Assembly: GCA_965219995.1 (NCBI GenBank)
Contig: CBDCOX010000002.1
Span: 3,040,001 to 3,104,000 of the forward strand
Direction of reading: 5' to 3'
Origin: Candidatus Latescibacterota bacterium
Lineage (GTDB): Bacteria > Latescibacterota > UBA2968 > GCA-2709665
Length of the DNA: 64,000 nt
How positions within the stretch are numbered: the first letter of the stretch is position 1; every line of letters starts with the position of its first letter. A program made the position numbers and the translations under genes. This document shows, one piece after another, positions 1 through 9,792 of the stretch. The notes below the pieces were generated by a model. That model did no database searches. It worked only from the letters and a program-made list of their open reading frames with translations, and had not been told where the DNA came from.

Positions 1-992
1 GTATTGAATCCCTTCTTGTATCCCAGGGCTTCGGCGCGCTCCCGGTCGGCTTCCGTGGGTTTGGGCGGCCCGAAGCGTTTCAGGTTTTCACGTACGATCT
101 CACACATCGCCCTGTTGGGCAGACGGGGGTATACGGCGGTGATGCGAGACCATTTCATCTTCGTGTCCGTGGCTCTGGCGGCGCCCCGTGCGCAGGCGGT
201 GAGACGCTCGCGCACGCCGTCGACCTGCTTGCGGTCTTTCCCCCGAACGAAATACCAGATTTTCGCATAGGCCGGCACCACGTTGGGTGCGTCTCCTCCA
301 TCGCGGATCACGGAATGGATCCTGACGTTTTCGGGGACATGCTCCCGGAGATAGTTGGCGGCAATATCCGTGAGCATCACGCCGTCCAGCGCGCTGCGGC
401 CCCGGTGGGCCGCAGCGCCGTGGGCGGTACGGCCGAAGAATTCGTAGACGACGGAGTCCAGCGACGACCCGCCGAAATTATTGACGCCGGAAGAGTTTCC
501 CGGATGCCAGGCGAGGCAGGCGTCCAGGTCCCGGAACGCGCCGTCGCGGGCCATATAGACTTTGCCGGCCAGCGTCTCTTCCGCCGGGCAGCCGTAGTAG
601 ACGATTTTCCCGGATGTGCCGGTTGATTCGAGAATCTTCGCAGCGGCGACCGCACCCACGGCCGGGGCAACGCCCAGGAGGTTGTGGCCTCAGCCGTGAC
701 CCCATTGCCCCTCCTCGGAACCGCAGTTGGGCAGCGCGTCGTATTCGCCGAGCATTCCGACCGCCGGCATGCCGGCGCCACTGGTCGCGCGAAATGCAGT
801 GGGGATATTCTTGAACGGGAACTCGACGTCGAAGCCGCGCGAGGCCAGGTAGTCCGCGATAGCCCGGGAGGATTTGACCTCCCGGAAGGGGCGTTCCGCC
901 CAGGCATGCACCCGGCCGGAGAGGTCCCTGGCCCGCTTCGACTCGGCAGCGACGGCGCGATTGACGAGACGCTTTTTTTCTTTCTGTTTCAT
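1..992 (-). CDS. M20D/AbgB-like amidohydrolase, 3' end outside window, in-frame UGA at 690-692 (candidate selenocysteine)
   Basis: ATG at 992 after an AGGAG RBS. Translation reads GEYDALP...GQWGHG*GHNLLG...YYGCPAEE...GKVYM...AWHP...FFGRTAH...GRSALD...YLREH...APNVVP, the AbgB motif series, in one frame across the UGA. Confidence 0.9.
656..689 (-). promoter_or_regulatory. Putative bacterial SECIS hairpin directly 3' of the UGA
   Basis: Minus strand after UGA: GG CCAC AACCT CCTGGGC GTT GCCCCGG CC GTGG. Upper stem GGGC/GCCC, apical loop begins with G 19 nt after the UGA, lower stem CCAC/GTGG. Confidence 0.55.
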
Positions 993-1041
993 GATTTTCT
1001 CCTGTCCATCCATGTCTATTCCGATTGCTGAGTGAAATGGG

Positions 1042-2130
1042 CTAGACCCTCGCGACGGCATCGGCCACCGCATCGCCCGCCTCACGCGTCCCGGCGGCGC
1101 CTCCCAGGTCTGCGGGGTGATTCTTCGGACTGTCCAGCGTTCGATCCACGGCGCGGTCAATCGTCTCCGAGGCCGCGGCGGCTTCGGGATCGTTGTGGCG
1201 CGCGCCCAGCCAGGACAGCATCATCCCCGAGGACAGGATCTGGGCCATGGGGTTGGCAATTCCCTCCCCCGCGATATCGGGGGCGGTTCCGTGGGACGGC
1301 TGGAAGACGCCGTAGCGGTCACCCACGTCCGCGGACGGCGCCATCCCCATCCCGCCGATGGTGGCGGCGGCCAGGTCGGAGATGATATCCCCGAACATAT
1401 TTTCCGCGACGACGACGTCGTACCAGCCGGGGTTGCGCAGCTGGTACACGGTGAATGCATCCACGTAGGCGTAGTCCCGTTCGACGTCGGGATAGGTCGC
1501 CGCAATCTCGTCGTAGATCTGACGGAAGAACGCCATGCTCTTCAGAATGTTGGCCTTGTCGACCGAGGTGACGCGAGTCTTGCCGTCGGCGGGCGCCCCC
1601 TTCCGCTGCCTTGCGATTTCAAAGGCGTACCGGACGATCCGCTCGGTGCCGGCGCGGGTGATCACCATGTTGTCCACGGCGAGGCTGTCACCCACGCGTA
1701 CCCCCGCGCCGCGGGAGGCATAGAGGCCCTCGGTATTCTCACGCAGGATGACGTAATCGAGCGGCGGATCTCCATCGAGAAGCGGCGGCACGCCGCGATA
1801 CTTCTTGATGGGCCGGATCCCGGCGTAAAGGTCCAGTTCGAAGCGGAGTGTCAGTTGGGGTGCGATTTCCGTGCCGTCGGGAAAACGGACGTCCGGATCG
1901 CCGGCCGAACCGAAGAGCACGGCATCGGCCTGTTTGCAGGCTTCGAGCGTGGATTCCGGGAGGTCCTCGCCGGTTTCAGCGTAACACCCGGCGCCCACCG
2001 GATGTTCGGAAAACGTGAATCGAAGATCGGGATGCGGCTCCTCCAGGGCGAGGAGCACTTTGAGCGCTTCCGCGACGACTTCCGGGCCGACGCCGTCTCC
2101 GGGGAGCACAGCGATGTTGTACGTTGGCAT
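1042..2130 (-). CDS. Isocitrate/isopropylmalate/tartrate dehydrogenase family protein
   Basis: Motifs IAVLPGDGVGPEV, RENTEGLY, VDKANIL, NMFGDIISD, HGTAPDIAG. Confidence 0.9.
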   Translation of the reverse strand: MPTYNIAVLPGDGVGPEVVAEALKVLLALEEPHPDLRFTFSEHPVGAGCYAETGEDLPESTLEACKQADAVLFGSAGDPDVRFPDGTEIAPQLTLRFELDLYAGIRPIKKYRGVPPLLDGDPPLDYVILRENTEGLYASRGAGVRVGDSLAVDNMVITRAGTERIVRYAFEIARQRKGAPADGKTRVTSVDKANILKSMAFFRQIYDEIAATYPDVERDYAYVDAFTVYQLRNPGWYDVVVAENMFGDIISDLAAATIGGMGMAPSADVGDRYGVFQPSHGTAPDIAGEGIANPMAQILSSGMMLSWLGARHNDPEAAAASETIDRAVDRTLDSPKNHPADLGGAAGTREAGDAVADAVARV

Positions 2131-2155
2131 TCCCGTCCTTTCTGGGTACGAAGCT

Positions 2156-3319
2156 CTACGAACCGCGGCGTGGGCGCTGGCGATCGCGGATCCCGATACG
2201 GAATCCGCCCGCGGACTTCACGCCTCGTTCCAGTACGTCCGATTCGACGTCGAATCCGGCGCCGGGCGTTTCAGGGACGACCAGCCTGCCGTTTCGCATC
2301 CGCCATCCGTCCAGGACGATGCCCGGCATGTCCGCGGGGGCCGCTTCCAGGAGGCTGAAGTTGGGAATGGAAGCGGCGAAATGGGCATGGGCGTACCGTT
2401 CGATGACGCTGCCCCAGCAGTGGGGAGCGCACTTCGCGCCCCATGGTTTGATCCGGTCCGCGGTGGCTTTCCACCAGGTCAGCCCCTTGTAGCGGAAGTC
2501 GTGCTGCACGATATCGATCCATCCTTTTTCCACCATGTCGAAGAAGCCGGGCGGAGGCGGCCCGGATTCACCGTCGGCCACGAGCGTGTCGTAGCCTCCC
2601 CGGTCGATGGCTTCCTTAAAGGCCTCATTGAACGCCCGGTCTTCGGGAAACGGCTCTTCGAACCAGTAGATCCCCGCGTCCCGGCATCGTTCGAGAATGT
2701 CCAATGCGATATTGAGCGTGGCGCCGTTGTTGGCGTCAACGAGAATTTTCGCGTCCGGTCCCGCGGCTTCGCGGACCGCGTGGATCACCAGCACGTCCCT
2801 GTCCGTACCTTCGCGAACCGGCATCCAGCGGGCGCCGCGCCCGATTTTGATCTTGAAATTGCAGTAGCCGGAATCGCGGCCGGTCCGGACTTCCTCGCGG
2901 AAGATTCGCCGCGCCTCGTCGTCGGTGGTGCCCAGATCGTCAATGTAGATGGAACCGTCGTAGAGTTCCACCTCACGGGCGCCGCGCGCGCCAAGAAGTC
3001 GAAAAAGGGGGATCCCTTCACATCTGGCGGCCAGGTCCCACAGGGGCAGGTCGATTGGAGCGCCATCGGCAGTCGACCCGCCGGGAAGTTCGAAGAGCGC
3101 CGAGGGGCGCATTCCGAGCAACGCTTCGGCGCGTTCCCTGCCAATGGCAGACCAGCCGATGCCCACGGCGCCGCCCGTGGTGCAGATACGAACGACCGGA
3201 TCGGTGACGGCGGGACCATGGACGCCGATGCGGGCGTTGGATCCCACGACGCGCGGGCGCTTTCCGTGCAGTACGACTCTTTCGATCCTGGCGATCGGGT
3301 CGGAAAAGGCACTTGACAT
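2156..3319 (-). CDS. Mandelate racemase/muconate lactonizing enzyme family (enolase superfamily)
   Basis: Motifs IDLPLWDL, FKIKIG, LVDAN, WFEEP, DGE, APH. Confidence 0.85.
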   Translation of the reverse strand: MSSAFSDPIARIERVVLHGKRPRVVGSNARIGVHGPAVTDPVVRICTTGGAVGIGWSAIGRERAEALLGMRPSALFELPGGSTADGAPIDLPLWDLAARCEGIPLFRLLGARGAREVELYDGSIYIDDLGTTDDEARRIFREEVRTGRDSGYCNFKIKIGRGARWMPVREGTDRDVLVIHAVREAAGPDAKILVDANNGATLNIALDILERCRDAGIYWFEEPFPEDRAFNEAFKEAIDRGGYDTLVADGESGPPPPGFFDMVEKGWIDIVQHDFRYKGLTWWKATADRIKPWGAKCAPHCWGSVIERYAHAHFAASIPNFSLLEAAPADMPGIVLDGWRMRNGRLVVPETPGAGFDVESDVLERGVKSAGGFRIGIRDRQRPRRGS

Positions 3320-3440
3320 GAAGGGTTTCCGGGATCCGGGACTGAACGGTACGATCCGATAAAGTAAGCCAAAAACCGGTGGTTGGAAATCAAAAAAGCC
3401 GGCGTTACAGGGCCCCTGTATTGCACACGGGAATTAGGTC

Positions 3441-3469
3441 TTGACGGACGCTACAAGATGTAGTACTTT
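3441..3469 (+). promoter_or_regulatory. sigma70-like promoter upstream of the smc leader
   Basis: TTGACG-N17-TACTTT. Confidence 0.55.
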
Positions 3470-3706
3470 TCAGACACCGCAACGGATTATTCCCCAATCT
3501 GTTGCGTATTCCTCACCTCCCCATCTATCCCCGTTTCGTTTTTATATTCGTGATTCCGAATAAATAGCGAACGTCCGCGCGGTCCGGGCGGCGACACGGC
3601 GGACAGGAACGGTTGTCGTTCCTGCCCCGCTGTTGTGCCGTTCCGTTTCCCTAGCATGCGTGCGTACCGGCCGTCCGGATGTTCGGGCTTTTCAGGGGGC
3701 GGAACC

Positions 3707-6700
3707 TTGCACCTTTCGCGACTGACGGCATTGGGTTTCAAATCCTTCGTGCAACAGCTGGACCTTTCGCTGCAGAAAGGCATCACCTGCGTTGTCGGCC
3801 CCAACGGATGCGGCAAATCCAACGTGGTGGACGCGCTGCGCTGGGCGCTGGGCGAACAGCGGGTCCGGTCGCTGCGCAGCAACAACATGGAAGACGTGAT
3901 TTTTTCGGGTACGCGAAACCGGAAACCGCTCGGCATGGCGGAGGTATCGATCACCATTGACAATGCGGAGCGGGTTCTCTCGACCGACTATTCCGAAGTG
4001 ACCGTGACCCGCCGGCTGTTCCGGTCCGGAGACAGTGATTACCTTTTGAACAAGGTTCCCTGCCGGTTGAAGGACATTCAGAATCTGCTGATGGACACGG
4101 GGCTGGGCGCACACGCCTATTCCGTGATCGAGCAGGGAATGATGGACGAGATCATCAGCGACAAACCCGAGGAACGTCGGCGGCTGTTCGAAGAGGCGGC
4201 GGGTGTGACCCGGTACAAGGTACAGCGTCGGGCGGCGTGGAACCGTCTTGAGTCCGTCCGGCGGGACCTGGAGACCGTGGATGCCGTGATGGGTGAAATC
4301 GAGCGGCAGGTGAAGTCACTCGCCCGTCAGGAACGGAAGGCCCGCCTCTACCGACAGCTTGCAGACCAGATGAAGGACCTCGACGTCCGGCTCGGACGCC
4401 ACCGGTTCTTTCAGATGTCCGAAAGGTCCCGTCCCATCGCGGACGAGATGGCTTTTCTGAATGAGGACGTCGAAGTGGCCGCCGGAGATATCGCCCGCCT
4501 GGAGGCGCGGCTGGAAGCCGTCCGGGCGGAACTGGCGGAGCGCGATCAGGCGCTGGCGGACGCGAACGCGGAAGTGAGCAGACAGAGCCAGCTCGTGCAT
4601 CGGAAAGAGACGCATATCGCGGTCGCTCAGGAGAGAATCCGATCGATCGACGCCTTCCTGGAGCAGGCCGACCGGCGGCAGGAGGTCATGGCGGCGCGGC
4701 TGGATTCGGCTCGCAGGCAATCGGCGGCGGCGAAGCGGCAGGGCGCGGAGACCCGGGAAGCATTGCGGCTGGCGGAAGGGGAACTGAAGACGGAACGGGG
4801 CGAGCTGGAAGCGACCAACCATGCGCTCGACGCAAGGCGAACCCGCGCCGACGAGCAGAAAACCCAACTGATAGCGACCCTGGGTGAAATCAACAAGGGA
4901 AGCGGCCGGTTGGAACGCGAACGGGCGAGGCTGGAGGGAATCGCGCAACACCAGGCCCGCCTCGAAGCCGACGCAAAGCAGTCGGCGCTCCGGAAAGAGG
5001 AGGCGGACGACTCCGGACGGGAGGCGGAACGGCAGATCGAGCGCCTGGAACGCGAGTTTGAAGAAAAGAGCCGGCTGAAGGAGACATACGCCGCGGAATA
5101 CGGGCGGCTGCTCGAACAACAGCAAGACTTGAACGGGGAGCGCAGCCGGTTGCTGGCCAGAAAAGAGGCCGACGATGCGCGGGTTGGACTTCTGAAAAAG
5201 CTTCGGGAAGGATTCGAGGGGTATTCGAGCGGCGTCCGCGCGCTGGCGGTGGACTCTCCGTTTACGGATCGCGTGCGCGGCGTGGTTGCGGACCGGATAG
5301 ACGTGGACGCGCGGTACACGATCGCCATTGAAGCCGCCCTCGGACGGGCGCTGGAATGTCTTCTGGTGGATGAACCCGCCGACGCGTTGAAGGCCATGGA
5401 CTACCTGCAATCGGGCGACCTCGGATCGGCGGCGTTTCTGCCGCTGGATTCGGTTTCGAACGGTCACGAAACCCCCTGGACGCAGCCGGATGCGGACGGC
5501 GTGACGGGCAGGGCGTCGGACCTGCTGCACGGCCAGGATTCTCCGGTACACGCGCTGCTTCGCCGCACGCTCGTGGTGAACAACGCCGAAACCGCAATTG
5601 GGCTGTTGGAAGAAATGCGGACTCGCGGCATCGACGTGGTTACCGAGAACGGCGAGTTGTTCTCGGCCGACGGCACGATATACGGCGGGAAGGCAGCCGA
5701 CGGCGGCACGGGCCTGATCGGGCGCCGAAACGAGATCGAAACGCTGGAAGCGAACCTGAGGGCCGCCGGTTCCGACATGCAGGCGCTGGATGCGGGACTT
5801 GAGGAAACCTCCGCATCGCTGGACGAGTCTCAGGCTCTTATCGACACGACGGACGGGATTCTGGCCGACCTGAACAACCGTTTGGCCGCACATCGCCGGG
5901 AGCTTCAGATCGCGCAGGCCGAAGAGCAGCGACAGTTGCGGATGGAGGTGGACCTGCGGGATGAAATCGCGGCGGCGATGAACGACGAAACGGGCCTGAG
6001 AGATGCGATCTCTTCCGAGGAGGCGGAACTTGGCGTGCTTCAGAAACGCCGGGAGCAACTGGAAACGGCGACGCGCGAGGCCGACGCGGCGCTGCGGGAG
6101 CGCGAACGTCAGCAGCGGGCCGAGCAGGACGCGGTCTCCGGGAGGCTGGTGGAGATCGCTTCACTGAAAGGCAGCGTGGACCGGCACGAACACGAAGGGC
6201 AGGCGCGGACCCGGGACATGGTCGAAACCGACCGGGAAATAAAGCGACTGGCCGCCGACTGCGAGGAACGCCGAAAGGAAAGGCACGACCTGGAAGAGGC
6301 CGCGGAGGATTCCGGGAAGGAACTGGAGCGCCTGCATCGCACGCAGGACGAACTGGAGGCGAAGCGGGACCGGCAGGCGGAGCGGCAGCAAGCGCTGTTG
6401 ACGGATGCCCGGAAGCTGGAAGAGGAAGCGCGGGACAAAAACCGCCGGGCGAATCAGAACCGGGACCGTCTGGTTCGACTGCAGGGCGAGATGGCGGAAC
6501 TGAAGACGGGATCCGAGGCGTTGCACGCTCGAATACTGGATGAATACGAGGTGGACGTCAGGGACGCGGGCGCATTGGAAGATCCGGAATTCGATGAAGA
6601 CGCGGCCGAAAGACGGGCAGGTGAGCTGCGCGAACGGCTCCGCCGGATGGGTCCGGTAAATCTCGCCGCCGTGGAAGAGTACGAGGACCAGAAGAACCAT

Positions 6701-7303
6701 CTCGAGTTCATGGCCAAACACCGGGGCGATCTGCTTGAAGCGGCCGAAACCCTTCAGCGGACCATCTCCCGGATCGACCGCACCGCCCGCGGCCGGTTCA
6801 TGGCGACTTTCGATGAGATCAAAGAGAATTTCCGGAACACGTTCACGGCGTTCTTCGAAGGAGGCCGGGCGGACCTCCTGATGCCCCCGGACGAAGACCC
6901 GCTGGAGGCGCCGCTGGAGATTATCGCCCGGCCCAGAGGCAAGCGGCTCCAGCACATCAATCTGCTTTCCGGGGGAGAGCGGGCGCTGACCGCGATCGCG
7001 CTGTTATTCGCGATCTACCTGGTCAAGCCCAGCCCGTTCTGCATCCTCGATGAGGTGGACGCCCCGCTGGACGACGCCAACGTCACCCGCTTCGTGCGGG
7101 TGCTCAAACGGTTCGCGGCCGACACGCAGTTCATCGTGGTGACCCACAACAAGGTCACGATGGATGCGGCCGACTGCCTGCATGGCATTACAATGGAAGA
7201 GCCGGGGGTCTCCAGGCTGGTATCGGTCAGACTGGACCACGAAACCCCGGGCGGCAACGGACAGGCGAAAGCGCTGGCGGAAACCACGGCTGCGGACGAT
7301 TGA
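3707..7303 (+). CDS. smc: Chromosome segregation protein SMC
   Basis: Probable TTG start. GFKSF, Walker A VGPNGCGKSN, long coiled coils, hinge region, LSGGE, ILDEVDAPLD, VTH. Confidence 0.97.
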   Translation: MHLSRLTALGFKSFVQQLDLSLQKGITCVVGPNGCGKSNVVDALRWALGEQRVRSLRSNNMEDVIFSGTRNRKPLGMAEVSITIDNAERVLSTDYSEVTVTRRLFRSGDSDYLLNKVPCRLKDIQNLLMDTGLGAHAYSVIEQGMMDEIISDKPEERRRLFEEAAGVTRYKVQRRAAWNRLESVRRDLETVDAVMGEIERQVKSLARQERKARLYRQLADQMKDLDVRLGRHRFFQMSERSRPIADEMAFLNEDVEVAAGDIARLEARLEAVRAELAERDQALADANAEVSRQSQLVHRKETHIAVAQERIRSIDAFLEQADRRQEVMAARLDSARRQSAAAKRQGAETREALRLAEGELKTERGELEATNHALDARRTRADEQKTQLIATLGEINKGSGRLERERARLEGIAQHQARLEADAKQSALRKEEADDSGREAERQIERLEREFEEKSRLKETYAAEYGRLLEQQQDLNGERSRLLARKEADDARVGLLKKLREGFEGYSSGVRALAVDSPFTDRVRGVVADRIDVDARYTIAIEAALGRALECLLVDEPADALKAMDYLQSGDLGSAAFLPLDSVSNGHETPWTQPDADGVTGRASDLLHGQDSPVHALLRRTLVVNNAETAIGLLEEMRTRGIDVVTENGELFSADGTIYGGKAADGGTGLIGRRNEIETLEANLRAAGSDMQALDAGLEETSASLDESQALIDTTDGILADLNNRLAAHRRELQIAQAEEQRQLRMEVDLRDEIAAAMNDETGLRDAISSEEAELGVLQKRREQLETATREADAALRERERQQRAEQDAVSGRLVEIASLKGSVDRHEHEGQARTRDMVETDREIKRLAADCEERRKERHDLEEAAEDSGKELERLHRTQDELEAKRDRQAERQQALLTDARKLEEEARDKNRRANQNRDRLVRLQGEMAELKTGSEALHARILDEYEVDVRDAGALEDPEFDEDAAERRAGELRERLRRMGPVNLAAVEEYEDQKNHLEFMAKHRGDLLEAAETLQRTISRIDRTARGRFMATFDEIKENFRNTFTAFFEGGRADLLMPPDEDPLEAPLEIIARPRGKRLQHINLLSGGERALTAIALLFAIYLVKPSPFCILDEVDAPLDDANVTRFVRVLKRFAADTQFIVVTHNKVTMDAADCLHGITMEEPGVSRLVSVRLDHETPGGNGQAKALAETTAADD

Positions 7304-7369
7304 CCGGGGCGGTTGGAAATCGCGCAACGGTTCCCGAGGAAACGTTACGGCATCCGGATGAAAAACACC

Positions 7370-7407
7370 AAAGGATCGGCCGCACTGCGCTGCCGATCCT
7401 TTTCTTT
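7370..7407 (+). terminator. Intrinsic terminator after smc
   Basis: AAAGGATCGGC...GCCGATCCTTT followed by T-rich tract, between convergent genes. Confidence 0.7.
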
Positions 7408-7478
7408 GCGCGGTTCACTCCGGCGAAGGCATCCACCGCCCTGATCCCGACGTCAGATTTTCGGCCAACCCGATGGCT

Positions 7479-9554
7479 TCAAACGGAGCCCAGGCTCTTG
7501 AGGATCTTCGCGACAATGGCATCCGTGTCGCGGATTCCGACTCCGGACAGCCGCTCCAGGATCATCCCCTGCGGGTCCACCAGAAAATAGGCCGGAATCC
7601 CGCGCACGCTATAGGCGCTGGTCGTCTTGGAACGCCATGCCCCCGCACGCACGTGCACCCCTTCGATCCCGTGTTTTTCGATGGCTTTGCGCCATGCGGC
7701 GTCGCTCGAATCCAGTGAGAGGTTGAGGAAAACCACCGGCTGACCGGCGGTTTCTTTCTTTATCTTTCTGAGATCGGGCAAGTTGCTTATGCACGGCCCG
7801 CACCAGCTTGCCCAGAAGTCCAGCAGCACGACCTTGCCCCTGAACTGGCTCAGCGATACGGGCCTGCCGTCCAGATCCTCCAGCGTGAAATCCGGGGCCG
7901 GACGTCCCGGCTGGAGGGCCATCGCCTTGTCCAGCGCCGCCTGGACCGGCGCGTTGTATTCGGGATAGGGATTGGTCGTCCGGTAGTCCCGCCACTTGCG
8001 ACGGACCAGTTCAAAGCTGTTGCCGCCGTACTCGAAACTTCGGATCAATTCCCCTGCCAGGAACCAGTAAAGCACGCGCCCATTCAATTTCTTCTCGGCC
8101 AGCTCAATCCTGTGTGGAAGCCTGGGCATGGACCGTTTCCTGATTGCATAGATCGAATCCAGCTTCGCCTGCACCGCCTGCGCCAGACCCAGACTCGTGA
8201 GGTCCAGCTTCCGGGACAGGCTGAGCGGCTGACGATTTTCGTACAGGGAGTCCAGATGCGCGACAAACTCCGGCGACGGGTCCAATTCCGACAGATCCAC
8301 CATTTCCGACAACCTTTGCGTCTTGTGGATCGAATTCAATTGCCCTTCCATGTCCTTGCCTTCTTCTACGGGCAGCCGGAGAACCAGCGAACCGCCTGTG
8401 GTATCGATTTCCGGTTTTTTCAGCTTGCTTGAAGTCGTGATCCTGTACGATCTGCCACTCCTTTCGTAGAAGGAGTCGAGACGGGCGTGAGCTGCCTGGG
8501 GGACGCCCAATTTCGGCAGATCGATGATGTCGGACAGTGTGGATTTGCGCCTGTTGTCATACAGCGAGTCAAGTCTGCCCGCGACAGGTTTCGGCAGATC
8601 CGACGCACCCAGACGGATCATTTTTGACAGTTTCGGATGCCACCCGTACCGCGCGTAGAGTGAGTCGAGACCTGCGACGGTCTCCTCCCGAAGATCCAGA
8701 CTCGACAGATCGTATTGATCGCTGAGTCTGTTGGACGGCGGCATCCTCATCATTTCCAGGTCCAGCGTCCGGATGAGGTAGGTACTATACGTACCCATAC
8801 CAATTGCCTTTTCGTCCACCAGCGGGACCCGTTTCAGGAAGTCGTGAAATTCAGGCGGGATATCCGGGTTCTCGCGGCCGGTGGCGCGCCGGTAATTTTC
8901 CGGGTATGAAATCTTCAGAAAGGCATACGTGTAGTTGAAAAAGCGCGTCGCGTACTCGACGAATTCCGGCGAGAACGCGTATCTCGTTCGCCGCATCTCC
9001 AGGAATTCAAGCTGGTCCGTGCGCCACCCGTCCGCCAGGCGGGCGAAGGCTTCCGCGTCCATTTTCCTGGAGTCCCTGACTATCTTCTGGAAGTCCTGGA
9101 ACCGGGGGTACCATTCGACAACAAACCGGCTGTTGTCCGCATTGTTTCCGCTGAACCGGAACGAGGTGTGGAGACGGCCGGGGTGGATTTTGATATGCAG
9201 GCTGTCGCCGGGTTCGACAAAGAAAACCAGCGGACCGGGCTTGAAGGCATACGACACGGCCTGCCGCACCCATTTCCATGGGACGCTTCTGGTTTTGAAA
9301 CTTCCCCTGACGAGGGTCCCGCGGACGACGGGAATCTCGAGCGCGAACCGGTTCCGGCCGTCCAGAGCCACGCGCTGCTCGGATTGTCGACCCAGTGCCC
9401 AGGGCGGGTCGTAACGGAACGTGATCTCACGCGACGTGGGGTTGCGTACTTCGCCGGTGATGATCGCGACCGATGGCGGGCCGGTTTCTGACGCCGAGGC
9501 GAAAGTCGACATCGTCATGAAGGCCGCGAGGGTACTGACGGAAAGGCTATTCAT
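7479..9554 (-). CDS. Exported TlpA/ResA-family disulfide reductase with long N-terminal region and internal repeats
   Basis: Signal-peptide-like N-terminus. C-terminal PAPDFTL...LLDFWASWCGPC...GIPAYFLVD. Confidence 0.85.
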   Translation of the reverse strand: MNSLSVSTLAAFMTMSTFASASETGPPSVAIITGEVRNPTSREITFRYDPPWALGRQSEQRVALDGRNRFALEIPVVRGTLVRGSFKTRSVPWKWVRQAVSYAFKPGPLVFFVEPGDSLHIKIHPGRLHTSFRFSGNNADNSRFVVEWYPRFQDFQKIVRDSRKMDAEAFARLADGWRTDQLEFLEMRRTRYAFSPEFVEYATRFFNYTYAFLKISYPENYRRATGRENPDIPPEFHDFLKRVPLVDEKAIGMGTYSTYLIRTLDLEMMRMPPSNRLSDQYDLSSLDLREETVAGLDSLYARYGWHPKLSKMIRLGASDLPKPVAGRLDSLYDNRRKSTLSDIIDLPKLGVPQAAHARLDSFYERSGRSYRITTSSKLKKPEIDTTGGSLVLRLPVEEGKDMEGQLNSIHKTQRLSEMVDLSELDPSPEFVAHLDSLYENRQPLSLSRKLDLTSLGLAQAVQAKLDSIYAIRKRSMPRLPHRIELAEKKLNGRVLYWFLAGELIRSFEYGGNSFELVRRKWRDYRTTNPYPEYNAPVQAALDKAMALQPGRPAPDFTLEDLDGRPVSLSQFRGKVVLLDFWASWCGPCISNLPDLRKIKKETAGQPVVFLNLSLDSSDAAWRKAIEKHGIEGVHVRAGAWRSKTTSAYSVRGIPAYFLVDPQGMILERLSGVGIRDTDAIVAKILKSLGSV

Positions 9555-9745
9555 ACCTCAAGCCCTCTCTATTCAGATCCGGACATCAGCCAACCTCAAT
9601 TTGCATAAACATGCAATCGACAACCCGGTCAGATACGAAGAAATGGGTCATTTCGACTCTGCATATCCGGTTATAGCCGGTGATTGTGGAAATCCCCAAT
9701 CTGCGACATCGATTCGCCACTGATCTCGTGTGTAAATTCAATTTC

Positions 9746-9792
9746 GCCAAAAAACAGAAACGAATCAAGGCTAACCTTGATTCGTCATTTTT
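9746..9792 (-). terminator. Intrinsic terminator downstream of the Kelch gene
   Basis: Perfect 11-bp stem ACGAATCAAGG-CTAA-CCTTGATTCGT with T-runs on both strands. Confidence 0.65.

Noticed and set aside
690-692. Genome-wide UGA reassignment (genetic code 4 or 25)
   Set aside because: Many genes here end at TGA at their expected C-termini (smc, modB, modC, fadN).
690-1160. 156-aa ORF as a standalone gene
   Set aside because: Its N-terminus overlaps the dehydrogenase gene. The real gene starts at 992 and its frame continues past the UGA.
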